Shown one piece after another: positions 1 through 9,826 of a stretch of 64,000 nt of DNA. The notes beneath the pieces were generated by a model, which was given only the letters and a program-made list of their open reading frames with translations, had not been told where the DNA came from and did not search any database. A program made the translations under genes and the position numbers. The stretch is from an uncultured delta proteobacterium. Lineage in GTDB: Bacteria; Desulfobacterota; Syntrophorhabdia; Syntrophorhabdales; WCHB1-27. Each line of letters opens with the position of its first letter. Position 1 is the stretch's first letter. The DNA is taken from NCBI GenBank assembly GCA_963810935.1, contig CAWEPK010000008.1, forward strand, positions 512,001 to 576,000, given 5' to 3'.

Positions 1-138
1 GTGGGCGCAGGGGCTCCTGACGGCCTTTGCATAGAGCTGCCCACGGCTGTGCAGGTCGCCAGCAAACCGGGCTTCGCCCGTCACCTTACTCCTGGCGTCA
101 GGTTTAGGGGTGTTCTGGCCTATCGCCGTCCAGCCCAT
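1..138 (-). CDS. Xanthine dehydrogenase/CoxL-family molybdopterin-binding large subunit, N-terminal part (runs off window edge)
   Basis: Manual translation from ATG at 138: MGWTAIGQNTPKPDARSKVTGEARFAGDLHSRGQLYAKAVRSPCAH. Matches the family N-terminus (D-A-x-x-K-V-T-G-x-A-x-F/Y-x-x-D-L ... RSPxAH). Starts 2 nt after the 2Fe-2S subunit stop. Confidence 0.85.
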   Translation of the reverse strand, partial: MGWTAIGQNTPKPDARSKVTGEARFAGDLHSRGQLYAKAVRSPCAH

Positions 139-139
139 C

Positions 140-613
140 CTACCGCCCTGTCCTCTCACGGTCTGCCGCGTTTTCCACGGCCCGTATAATCTTCTCGTAA
201 CCTGTGCACCGGCAGAGATTACCGGAGATCGCTCTGCGTATCTCGGCCCGAGTCGGCGAGGGGTTCTTTTCGAGGAGCGCCTTCGCCGACATGAGCATAC
301 CGGGTGTGCAGAACCCGCACTGCACAGCGCCCTCCTCTATGAACGCCTGCTGGAGGCGGTCGAGTTCCTTTCCGGCCAGTCCCTCGATTGTTCTGACCTC
401 GCGGCCGTCCACCGATGCGGCGAGAACGAGGCAGGCGTTTACCGGCCGCCCGTCAAGGAGGACCGTACACGCGCCGCATTCACCGATGCCACAGCCTACT
501 TTTGTCCCCGTCAGGCGGAGCCGGTTTCTCAGGAGATCGGCCAGGACTTCGCCCGCCTCCGCGACCGTGCTGCAAGTCTTTCCGTTCAGGACAAAAGTTA
601 TCTTACTTTTCAT
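140..613 (-). CDS. (2Fe-2S)-binding small subunit of a Mo-hydroxylase (CoxS/XdhC-like)
   Basis: GCGIGECGACTV and QCGFCTPG...GNLCRCTGY motifs; 157 aa. Confidence 0.95.
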   Translation of the reverse strand: MKSKITFVLNGKTCSTVAEAGEVLADLLRNRLRLTGTKVGCGIGECGACTVLLDGRPVNACLVLAASVDGREVRTIEGLAGKELDRLQQAFIEEGAVQCGFCTPGMLMSAKALLEKNPSPTRAEIRRAISGNLCRCTGYEKIIRAVENAADRERTGR

Positions 614-657
614 CCTCGACTATCCATCGCTTTACTCCCTAAGACTGCCGGGCCGTG

Positions 658-1987
658 TTATTCCAGGACCTTGCCGCGCGTCTCAGGCAGGAAATGGAGC
701 ACGAACATGCCTCCCACGACGGAACACCCGACCACGATGAACGCGTTCGTAGTTCCCACGGAGGGCCAGAGGAGACTGCCGAAGACCAGCGATACGAGAA
801 GGGCCAGGGTCAGGCGGGCGATCATCGAAGCGCAGCCGAATCCCGTCCCCCGCAGGTCCGTCGGGTAAGACTCCGAGATAAACGTATACAGCGTCGCGAT
901 GACCGGCTCTGCCGTAAGGCCGTAAAGCATGATGGTTATCCGGGCATACCAGTCCAGGTTGAGCACTGTCGTGAAAATCACTATGAATACGGCGGCCGAG
1001 ATGGAGCTGACCATGAGAAATTTCTTACGGCCCATCGACATCGATAAGAAAACTGGAAATTATTATCCCTATGAAGCCCATGAAGGAGAGAATGCCGGCC
1101 GTCAGGAATGCCTTTTGATGCGTGTATCCTTCCTTTACGAGCACCGTGGGCAGCCACATCGTCACTCCGAAACGATGCAGGAAGATCACGATCACCACTA
1201 TCCACAAGCCTATCGTCATCTTCCAGTTGTACCTCAACACCTTGGCGAAGCGGGAGACAATGCTGTCTTTGACGACTGCCTCACTCGCCGAAGTCTGCAG
1301 CGTCCATTCCTCTACCTGTGCCCCCGTCCGCCTGATGAGCCACCTTATTACCGCGTCTGCCTCTTTGAGACGGCCCTTCCGGATAAGGAAAGAAGGCGAC
1401 TCCGGAAGGTAGAATATTACCCAGATCATCAGGAACGCCGGCACTATCATGAGCAGGAAGAGAAGGCGCCAGTTGTTGTAAGGCACGAGAAGGGTGGCCA
1501 CGATCGCGTTCACCGTAGCGCCGATTCCCCAGAAAACATCGAGCAGGTTAAGGGCCTTTCCCCGGACCCGCACGGGCATGAACTCCGCTACCATCGGATA
1601 GATCACGGGTACGGTGGCGCCGAGCCCGAGACCCACGATCAACCTCAGTATCAACAAACAATCGAACGATGGAGACAACGCGGAGACGAGGGAGAATAGG
1701 GAATACGTCAGAACGCAGCAAATGAACACGCGCTTGCGGCCGATGGCGTCCGCCAGGGAGCCTCCCACGACCGCACCGGCGGCCATGCCTATGAAAGTGA
1801 CCGTGCCGAAGAGACCTAGCTGGAGATTGCTCAAATGCCAGTATGGCTTGATCAGCGGCATTACAAATCCCACCAGCATAACATCCCAGGCATCGAACAT
1901 AAATGCCAGACCGGCAATGAAAAAGATCATTCCCTGAGTACGGACACGAAACGGTAAAGCTTGAATTGTCTCATCCGCGTTTCTCAA
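658..1987 (-). CDS. MFS transporter (aromatic acid:H+ symporter / sugar-porter-like), split by a +1 frameshift near 1035
   Basis: ORFs 1025-2113 and 658-1041 join at LIDV|MGRKK (second MFS motif A); GSLADAIGRKR is the first motif A; ESYPTDLRGTG. Probable TTG start at 1987 after a GGGAGAG RBS. Joined length about 442 aa. Confidence 0.85.
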
Positions 1988-2351
1988 GCTCTCTCCCTTC
2001 AATCGATATGTGCGGACCGTGCCGGGCGTCTTCATTCCTTCGTTGATCCGGCTGCAGGCTGGATAACCTGCCAAGTTCCAAAGTAATGCGCCCTCCTTCG
2101 TAGACGATTCCATTGCATCCGGCAGTTCCGTCTATCATATCTCGCAAGGAGGAAGCAGTTTCTATGTTTAGTTCATGCTGTCCGGCAAGTCAAGTACTTT
2201 TTCGAGTTTTTCCTTGCTGGCAACAGCGTCGTGAGGTATCATCAGTAGAACGAATCCTGTCGGATTGACCCGGGCGGTTAACAGATGTGAGCCATGGGGT
2301 CGCTTTCGGGATTATGTACAATCCGGTCAACCGGCCGTGCGGAGCTTGAGC

Positions 2352-5180
2352 ATGAGAAAAGACGAGGTGCGCATGATTGTCAACGGCGCGCCTGTGACCG
2401 CAATCGTTCAACCAAAAATGACCCTGTTGAGATTTCTCAGGGACCACCTAAGGCTGACCGGCACCAAATGTGGGTGCGGTGCCGGGGAGTGCGGCACCTG
2501 CGTTGTGATAGTGAACGGTGAGGCGAAAAAGTCATGCCTCCAGCAGATGAACAGGCTCGAAGGCGCCACCATACAAACTATAGAGGGGCTCTCGGTCGAT
2601 AGCTTGCATCCCCTCCAGCGGGCTTTTATCGACAAGGGTGCTATTCAATGTGGTTTTTGCACCCCTGGCATGATCATGACTGCCAAAGCGCTTCTGGATC
2701 GAGATCCTGTACCGACCAGGGACAACATCATAGAAGCTCTGACCGGCAACTACTGTCGTTGTACCGGCTATTTCGCGATAATCGAGGCCATCGAAGAAGC
2801 GTCAAGGGTCCTCTCGGGCCACGTCTCCCATAATGACCGATCGCCTGTGGGCGCAGGAACCGATATCATCGGCAAAGCCGTGCAGGACAGCTCGGACCTC
2901 CAGAAAGCCAAGGGGCGGCTGGTTTTCAGCGATGATCTCTATTTCGATGAAATGTGTCACGGCGCTCTTCTCTTCGGCGGCGTGCCGCACGCCTTGCTGA
3001 AAAGGGTAAACACTAGTCGGGCCGGACTGATGCCGGGTGTGATCCGGGTGTTGACCGCCGCCGACGTTCCGGGGATAAATAGGTTCGGCATCATCCAAGC
3101 CGATCAGCCGGTTTTTGCCGAAGATAAGATCCGTTTTGTTGGCGATCCCATTGCGCTAGTTATTGCCGAAACGGAAGAGATCGCTCGCGAGGCCGTCCGA
3201 TCAATCACGGTAGACCTTTCAGAGCTTCCCGTTATAGCTTCTCCTGAAGAGGCAATGAAACGGACGGACTTGCCTCCCGTCCATGATAAGGGAAACATCC
3301 TGAAGAAAGTCATCCACGAAAAGGGAAATGCCGCGAATGCCTTCGCCGAAGCCACGCTGATTGTCGAAGAGGATTACGAAACGCCTTTCGTCGAGCATGG
3401 TTATCTCGAGCCGGAGTCCGGCGTGGCCAGGGTAACAGAGGACGGCGGAGTAGATATATGGTGTTCCACCCAGGGCCCCTTTCTCATGAGAGGGCAGATA
3501 GCCCGGTGCTTGAACCTTCCGGAGGATAAGGTAAGAGTGCGGGGGCTTCCGGTCGGAGGCGCCTTTGGAGGAAAGCTCGATATAACCATTCAGATTCTGC
3601 TCGGCCTGGGAGCCCTTCTGACAAAGAGACCTTTCAAGATGACGTTGAATCGACGTGAATCCTTCAGAATAAGCACTAAGAAGCACCCTTTCAAGATGCA
3701 CTATAAGACAGGGGTTTCGGCTGAAGGTAAGTTCCTTGCTTTGGAGGCGAGACTGGTAAGCGACGCAGGTGCCTATGAAGGTTGGAGCACCGATGTTCTT
3801 GAGCAGGCTATCGTTTTTGCAGGCGGTCCTTATATCTGGCCGAACGTGCGTGTCGAAGGCATTACCGCTTACACCAATAACGTTCTCGGGGGGGCTTTTC
3901 GGGGGTTCGGGATGAACCAGGTCCACTTCGCGATAGAAAGCCAGATAGACATAATGGCCGGACGACTCGGTATGGAACCGTTAAAGCTGAGACAGGTCAA
4001 TGCCCTGGAGGAAGGAAAGGAGAATTTTTGCGGGGAGATAGTCCAATCCTGCGTCGCCATCAAGGAAACATTCCTGGAGGCCGAAAAGAGGATCAAGTCG
4101 CTCCGATCCATGCGTATGCCCTCCGATGAAAGAAAAAGGATCGGTGTGGGCATTGCAGGCGCTTACAAGAACATAGGCGGAGGGAGAGGTTTCGTAAATT
4201 CCGGGGGAGCGGCCCTGAAGCTTTTGGAGTCGGGCGGTGTAGAATTAAGAGCTTCCGTCTGCGACATGGGACAGGGGGCGGCATCCGTGCTGGCCCAGAT
4301 TGCGGCGGCCGTTACGGGCATATCGATCGATGCCTTCGCGGTAGTCGTAGCCGATTCCGATTTGGTGCCCCTCGGTGCCATGGCAATCGGACAGCGCCAG
4401 ACAATGATTTCGGGAAACGCCACGCTGGGCGCCGCAAAGGATTTCAGGCAGCGTATCCTTGAGTCTGCTTCCCGGCAAGTCGGGCTCCCCTTGAAGGATC
4501 TGGATATCATCGGGGACCGGGTAGTCAGAAAGAGCGGGGAACCGGCCATATCGCTCGATCAACTGGCCCGCCTCGCCGGAGCCTCAGCCATTGAAGCGAG
4601 CTGCGAATGGACTGCACCGCAAACCTATCCCCTCAGGAATGATCCGAACCCTACGTTCCCTATAGTTAAAGACGGAAAGATAATTACCGACTATGATCCG
4701 GAGGATTACAGAAACTACTTCGCCTATAATTATGCCTGTCAGATAGCCGTCGTCGAGGTGGACGTCGTCACGGGGGCGGTCGAAGTAAAGAAGGTTTTCG
4801 CCTTCCATGATGTGGGCAGGGTCCTCAACCCGCTCAAGGTCAAGGGGCAACTCGAGGGGAGCATAATCATGGGTATCGGTTATGCCCTGTCCGAAGAGTT
4901 CGTCGTGGAACAGGGAATACCCAGGACTAAAACGCTCAGGGACTGTGGCATTCCTGACATTCGAGTCAGGCCCGAGATCGAGATCGTTCTCGTGGAAAAG
5001 CCGGAACCCATCGGTCCTTTTGAGGCTAAGGGCATTTCGGAGATCGCCCTTGTTCCGACCGTCCCTGCAGTTGTTAACGCCATTTCTGATGCAATAGGAG
5101 TAAGAATTAGGTCTTTACCTGTCAGACCTGAAAAGGTACTAGCCGCCCTGGCGAGACTAACAGTAAGTGGCGGTTCTTAA
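2352..5180 (+). CDS. Aldehyde oxidoreductase/xanthine dehydrogenase-family molybdoenzyme with fused N-terminal 2x[2Fe-2S] domain (Mop-like architecture, no FAD domain)
   Basis: CGAGECGTC and QCGFCTPG...YCRCTGY, then EHGYLEPE, GGAFGGK, GAFRGFG and AKGISE. ATG at 2352 follows a GGAG RBS. Confidence 0.92.
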   Translation: MRKDEVRMIVNGAPVTAIVQPKMTLLRFLRDHLRLTGTKCGCGAGECGTCVVIVNGEAKKSCLQQMNRLEGATIQTIEGLSVDSLHPLQRAFIDKGAIQCGFCTPGMIMTAKALLDRDPVPTRDNIIEALTGNYCRCTGYFAIIEAIEEASRVLSGHVSHNDRSPVGAGTDIIGKAVQDSSDLQKAKGRLVFSDDLYFDEMCHGALLFGGVPHALLKRVNTSRAGLMPGVIRVLTAADVPGINRFGIIQADQPVFAEDKIRFVGDPIALVIAETEEIAREAVRSITVDLSELPVIASPEEAMKRTDLPPVHDKGNILKKVIHEKGNAANAFAEATLIVEEDYETPFVEHGYLEPESGVARVTEDGGVDIWCSTQGPFLMRGQIARCLNLPEDKVRVRGLPVGGAFGGKLDITIQILLGLGALLTKRPFKMTLNRRESFRISTKKHPFKMHYKTGVSAEGKFLALEARLVSDAGAYEGWSTDVLEQAIVFAGGPYIWPNVRVEGITAYTNNVLGGAFRGFGMNQVHFAIESQIDIMAGRLGMEPLKLRQVNALEEGKENFCGEIVQSCVAIKETFLEAEKRIKSLRSMRMPSDERKRIGVGIAGAYKNIGGGRGFVNSGGAALKLLESGGVELRASVCDMGQGAASVLAQIAAAVTGISIDAFAVVVADSDLVPLGAMAIGQRQTMISGNATLGAAKDFRQRILESASRQVGLPLKDLDIIGDRVVRKSGEPAISLDQLARLAGASAIEASCEWTAPQTYPLRNDPNPTFPIVKDGKIITDYDPEDYRNYFAYNYACQIAVVEVDVVTGAVEVKKVFAFHDVGRVLNPLKVKGQLEGSIIMGIGYALSEEFVVEQGIPRTKTLRDCGIPDIRVRPEIEIVLVEKPEPIGPFEAKGISEIALVPTVPAVVNAISDAIGVRIRSLPVRPEKVLAALARLTVSGGS

Positions 5181-5199
5181 AGCAGAGGCGAGGAGGGGG

Positions 5200-6447
5200 A
5201 TGATGAGAAGGTTGTTTCTGGTTCTGGCAATAGCAGTTCTGCTGATCTCGGGCATAAGCGGGAGCGGCAACATTTACGCCCAAACGAAGAAGAAACCCAT
5301 AAAGCTGGGTATGGTGGCGGACAAGACGGGAGCGAATGCAGCCTACGGATACTCCCATGAAAAAGTGGTCAGGGCGGCAGTGGCAAAAGTAAATAAAGAA
5401 GGCGGCATCATGGGCCGGCAGGTAGAGCTCTACGTAGAGGACACGGAAAGCAAGCCACCCGTGGGAGCGCTGAAATTCAGAAAACTGGCTGAGACGTACG
5501 ATGTCGATTTTGTCATCGATTCGAATAACTCGGGTGTGGCCGTTGCATGCGCCCCTATAGCAAAAGAGCTGAGGGTGCCTTATTTCCCTTCCGCCTCAGC
5601 CACGGAGTTGTCGGGAGAGAAAGGGAACAGATATCTGTTCCCTGCGTGTACATCCGTACGGGAAGAGGCGAAGGGGGTAGCCAAGTGGGCGGTACGCAAC
5701 CTTGGAAAGAAATGGGTCACGGTAGTAGTCAATTTTGCCTGGGGATGGTCCAATGAGCAGGACTTCAAGAGATTCATCTCGGAGAACGGCGGAACGGTTC
5801 TGGAAACGATCCGGGTACCTGTGGGGGCAAATGACTGGCTGCGCTATCTCTCCGGCAAGATTCCCAAGGGCGCCGAAGCTGTCTATTTTGCCTGCTTCGG
5901 CTCTGATTTCCTCTCTTTCATAAGAGACCTGCATGCCGTCCGTCCCGACATCAAGAAACTTGGCTCCGTCTACTGTTTCTCGGCCCAGGATATAAAGGAG
6001 ATCGGGACCCCGGTCGAAGGGGCATACTGCCTCACGTCATATCCGACAAGACTGGAAGGGCTGAATACTAAGGCGAATAAGGCGTATCGCGAGCTCATAG
6101 GGGTAGACCCGGAAGGTAAGGAGATTGGAACGGGCACGCGGTTCGTTCTTGCTTATAACTGGGCTATGTGGGAATCGGTGTTTGCGCTGAAGGCGGCCAT
6201 GGAGAAGGTCGGATGGAAGGGCAAGGAGGATACCCCGAACGTGATCAAAGCACTCGAGACGATCCAGTTCAAGGAAGGCGTAGAATTTCCGCAGGGTGAC
6301 TTCCGCTTCCGCGCCCAAGATCATCTGTCTCTTGCCGGGCTTTATGTGGAACAGGTCGTGAACGGGGAGTTGAAGGTAGTGGCGAAGATCCCTGTGGCAG
6401 ATGTGGTATATCCGCCTATCGTCGACCGCTCGAGGGAGCAGTTCTAG
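5200..6447 (+). CDS. ABC transporter substrate-binding protein, LivJ/branched-chain amino acid type (PBP1)
   Basis: Signal peptide; IKLGMV...VNKEGGIMGRQVELYVEDTESKP; AGGAGG RBS at 5191-5196 before ATG at 5200. Confidence 0.88.
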   Translation: MMRRLFLVLAIAVLLISGISGSGNIYAQTKKKPIKLGMVADKTGANAAYGYSHEKVVRAAVAKVNKEGGIMGRQVELYVEDTESKPPVGALKFRKLAETYDVDFVIDSNNSGVAVACAPIAKELRVPYFPSASATELSGEKGNRYLFPACTSVREEAKGVAKWAVRNLGKKWVTVVVNFAWGWSNEQDFKRFISENGGTVLETIRVPVGANDWLRYLSGKIPKGAEAVYFACFGSDFLSFIRDLHAVRPDIKKLGSVYCFSAQDIKEIGTPVEGAYCLTSYPTRLEGLNTKANKAYRELIGVDPEGKEIGTGTRFVLAYNWAMWESVFALKAAMEKVGWKGKEDTPNVIKALETIQFKEGVEFPQGDFRFRAQDHLSLAGLYVEQVVNGELKVVAKIPVADVVYPPIVDRSREQF

Positions 6448-6480
6448 CCGCTTACCTCTTCAGTATCTTATTGCAGTCCT

Positions 6481-6523
6481 GGGCAGATAGTCCCATCATC
6501 CTGTAAATCGAGCCTATCTGCCC
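6481..6523 (+). terminator. Possible hairpin/terminator after the SBP gene
   Basis: 10-bp inverted repeat GGGCAGATAG...CTATCTGCCC followed by TTT; loop is unusually long. Confidence 0.35.
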
Positions 6524-6810
6524 TTTACACTAGGTCACTTATACCATTTGTAGTCTTCACTATTTTCGGCTTTAAGTAAATTGAGGAAGGAGCCGGCGGG
6601 CAGGAAGCAGTGAAGAATCAAAAAGTGGACTTCAGGAAGAACGGCTTTCTCCGCTCCTCCTCACCAAACGGTGCAGATTACAGCCTGGGCCTCCCATTAT
6701 TACCGCCCTCGCGATTAGTACCGGCATTCGTACGTGGCCGGCGTGGCGCTGTTTTTCTCATAAACGGCTGATCGCCGGGGAGAAGAAATCGTTTTCCTCT
6801 ACAGGCCTTA

Positions 6811-6819
6811 TGCTATAAT
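6811..6819 (+). promoter_or_regulatory. Extended -10 promoter element (TGnTATAAT)
   Basis: TGCTATAAT 32 nt upstream of the 6852 ATG. Confidence 0.5.
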
Positions 6820-6851
6820 CGAGAAAAACATATTCATTTAGCGGGGACCCC

Positions 6852-8873
6852 ATGAGAGCGCTGGTAAGCTGTCTTTTGTTCGCATTTTCCCTATCATTAG
6901 TCTTCTTCGGTCCATCTTCATTCGCAGCTTCACCGGAGAACATGGCAAAGCCGGGAGAGCTGATCGTGGAGCCCCCGACCCTCATCAATCTCGGGTTCGA
7001 ATGGTACCTGGAGGGGGATAATAACCGGGATTCCGAGGTTGAGGTCCAATATCGCAAGAAGGGGGAAGCTGCCTGGAAAAGGGCATTACCCCTTCTCCGT
7101 CTCTCGCCTAACGAAAGAACCGTCTGGTGGTCCGTCGATTATTCACCGCGCAACATGTTTGCCGGGAGTGTATTCGATCTGGAGCCGGACACCGAGTACG
7201 AGTGCATATTCATTATGTCGGATCCGGATGGCGTTATAGGCGAAAAGCGAAGAACGGTAACGGTGCGTACTCGCCCGGAACCCAAGCCTTACCAGGCCGG
7301 CCGGACCTTTCACCTGTATCCTCCCGGTTACAAGGGCGATAAGAAGACGCCCAACTGTGAAAGCCTGTGGACCTGCTACTATACGGGAGGGGGCGGAGGT
7401 GACTGGAGCGAGGCGTTTGCCGCCAGGGTGCAGCCGGGCGACACGATCCTCGTCCATGCGGGCCTTTATTCGGTAAGACCTTCTCCTTATCCCGGCCTCT
7501 CCCCCTTCGACGGCACGTACTATCTGACCGTCAGCGGCACTCCGGGAAAGCCCATAGCTATAAAGGCGGCAGGGGACGGTGAGGTTATATTCGACGGAGC
7601 GGGCAAATTCAACCTATTTAATGTGGAGGCGGCCGACTACAATTACTTCGAGGGCCTTACGATCCGCAACACCGATGTCGCCTTCCTTGCGGGCCACAAG
7701 AGGGTGACGGGATCGAGCGGCCTGACGGTCAAGCGGTGCCGCTTCGAGAACATCGGCATAGGCGTCTGGACCAGTTACTCGGGGTCGAAGAACTTCTATG
7801 TAGCGGATAACGTAATGATTGGAAGGGGGGACCCGAACAGGCTCGTCGGCTATACAGGCACGCCCTGGGAGAAGCTCCCCGGCTACCCTCCTCCCCTTAT
7901 TTCTTACTTCGGTGTCAAGGTTTACGGCTCGGGTCATGTCATTGCCCACAACTACGTGGCTAATTTCTTCGATGGCCTGTGCCATGATACGTACGGCATG
8001 CCGGACGGCTATCCGAACGTACCTAGGGACAAGATGCCCGTTTCCATCGACTTCTATAACAACGATATTACAAACGTGCACGACAACTGCATTGAGGCGG
8101 ACGGAGCCATGCACAACATCCGCGTCATGCGCAACCGCTGCGTCAATATAGGTATGGAACCCTTGAGCGGCCAGCCGATCTTCGGCGGACCGGCCTATTT
8201 CATCCGCAATATAGTCTATCATGCGCCGGGCGGCAGCCAAAACGGGCCGGTACCGAAGGAAGGCGGCGCCTTCAAGAACCAGTATTCGGAGCCGGAAGGC
8301 CTAGTCATCCTGCACAATACGCTTCTCACGGAAGTCGCCCTTACCGTCGCCCCGATGCCTCCCGCCTCTACGAAGCAGGGCGGATGGCTCAACACGCACT
8401 TTTCGAACAACTTCGTCCTTGGGGAGGGCGTTTATCCGCAAATATTTCAAGTCCGCACATACACAAATTACACGACGTCCGACTATAACGGATTCAGCCC
8501 GAACCAAGGGAGCACCTACGCCTTCAGTTGGGTCTCTCCGCCGTTCGATATGCCCTACTCCACGCATGAGGATCCCCAATGGGTGGTGCGTAACTTCAAG
8601 ACCCTTCCTGAATACTGCCGCGTCACAGGAAAGGACTGTCACAGCAAGTTGGTGGGCTGGGATATATTTGCCGACCTCGCCCCGCCCGACCGGGAAGACC
8701 TTCAAAAGATTTATAACCCGGGCGACCTCCACTTCCAGTTGAAGCCTGCCTCCCGTGCCGTAGACGCGGGCTGTCTGCTGCCGAACGTGAACGATGACTT
8801 CACCGGCCTTGCCCCCGACCTCGGGGCGCTCGAGATAGGCCGCCCGGCCCCTGTCTACGGACCGAGGCCCTGA
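6852..8873 (+). CDS. Secreted right-handed parallel beta-helix (pectin-lyase-like) protein with N-terminal Fn3-like domain; function unknown
   Basis: Signal peptide; FDLEPDTEYEC (Fn3-like); VQPGDTILVHAGLY, GTPGKPIAIKAAGDGEVIFDG, Asn ladders (IAHNYV, FYNNDI, MRNRC) and C-terminal AVDAG...APDLGALE. Confidence 0.75.
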   Translation: MRALVSCLLFAFSLSLVFFGPSSFAASPENMAKPGELIVEPPTLINLGFEWYLEGDNNRDSEVEVQYRKKGEAAWKRALPLLRLSPNERTVWWSVDYSPRNMFAGSVFDLEPDTEYECIFIMSDPDGVIGEKRRTVTVRTRPEPKPYQAGRTFHLYPPGYKGDKKTPNCESLWTCYYTGGGGGDWSEAFAARVQPGDTILVHAGLYSVRPSPYPGLSPFDGTYYLTVSGTPGKPIAIKAAGDGEVIFDGAGKFNLFNVEAADYNYFEGLTIRNTDVAFLAGHKRVTGSSGLTVKRCRFENIGIGVWTSYSGSKNFYVADNVMIGRGDPNRLVGYTGTPWEKLPGYPPPLISYFGVKVYGSGHVIAHNYVANFFDGLCHDTYGMPDGYPNVPRDKMPVSIDFYNNDITNVHDNCIEADGAMHNIRVMRNRCVNIGMEPLSGQPIFGGPAYFIRNIVYHAPGGSQNGPVPKEGGAFKNQYSEPEGLVILHNTLLTEVALTVAPMPPASTKQGGWLNTHFSNNFVLGEGVYPQIFQVRTYTNYTTSDYNGFSPNQGSTYAFSWVSPPFDMPYSTHEDPQWVVRNFKTLPEYCRVTGKDCHSKLVGWDIFADLAPPDREDLQKIYNPGDLHFQLKPASRAVDAGCLLPNVNDDFTGLAPDLGALEIGRPAPVYGPRP

Positions 8874-9064
8874 GAGGTGACTTCGACCGTCGTCCCCCCG
8901 TGCTCGCCCTCTTCAGCTTACATGGCCAGCGTAGAGACGCCATGACCCCGACAGGTCCATCCCACCTGTCAGATCCTGACTTCGAGGGTTGCCGTTTCAA
9001 GTGCAGTATGAGCAGCTACTGCTTGAAAATGAGGAAGGAGGCCACGGGCACGAAGCAATTTGGA

Positions 9065-9409
9065 TTATGGGCATGAACCCTTGAAGGGCGTTCCAATGTT
9101 CATGGCCGGCGGGTTAGCCGTGTTGCTGCCGGTCAGGATTAGTATCCCTGCCGCAACTGCCGCTCCTGCCACAGCGGCTTTCGTAGCGGTGCCTGCGTGT
9201 ATCCCTTTCGTGACTACTTCCCCGAAACTGGCCCCCACAGCCCCTACCCCTGCAACCGAAGACTTGCACTCCGGGCCGAGAGCGGACGAACCGCCCTCCC
9301 CGTCTGTGGGGTTCCGGCCGAATGTGGGCGTGGTAAGAAGGCACGCGAGGAGGAGGAGCAGCGCCGCTTGCGCGCATAGCATAAGTTTCGTGCGCGCGAT
9401 CCGTTGCAT
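9065..9409 (-). CDS. Small exported/membrane hypothetical protein, Gly/Ala-rich
   Basis: N-terminal hydrophobic signal-like stretch and second hydrophobic segment AAVAGAAVAAGILILT; 114 aa. Confidence 0.5.
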   Translation of the reverse strand: MQRIARTKLMLCAQAALLLLLACLLTTPTFGRNPTDGEGGSSALGPECKSSVAGVGAVGASFGEVVTKGIHAGTATKAAVAGAAVAAGILILTGSNTANPPAMNIGTPFKGSCP

Positions 9410-9826
9410 GGCTTTCTTTTGAATGTAATGTCGTGCATTGATCTGTCAATGGGGGGGTAAGACGAGAAATCGTAAGACCAAACGTATGTTGGGACAGATG
9501 GTTGTAACGCGGCAGTATTAAGAGTAGCGCCGATCGTGATCGCACAAGTTTTACGGGCAACCGGGAGGCACGGTAACAGCCTTGGATATGAGGAGTATAA
9601 AAAGCTTACATTTAAGGAGATGATCACTGAGGTGAAAGTGCGAAATGGCACGCGTGGAGCAGCCATATTTCTGGTAACGGGGATACCTTTCCCGGCCTGG
9701 ATTTCAACCTGATAAGCACGGAAAGAATCGTTATTCCTCAGGATCTAAGGTCCCTAAATCGGTGTCCCGAAAGCTGCCAAAAAGAGAAGGGTAAGATAGC
9801 CTATCATAAGCAGGATCGGAAGGCGC

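Noticed and set aside
9646..9661. Sigma-54 promoter TGGCAC...
   Set aside because: The -12 element is GAGC rather than TTGC, and it points at the 3' end of a convergent gene.
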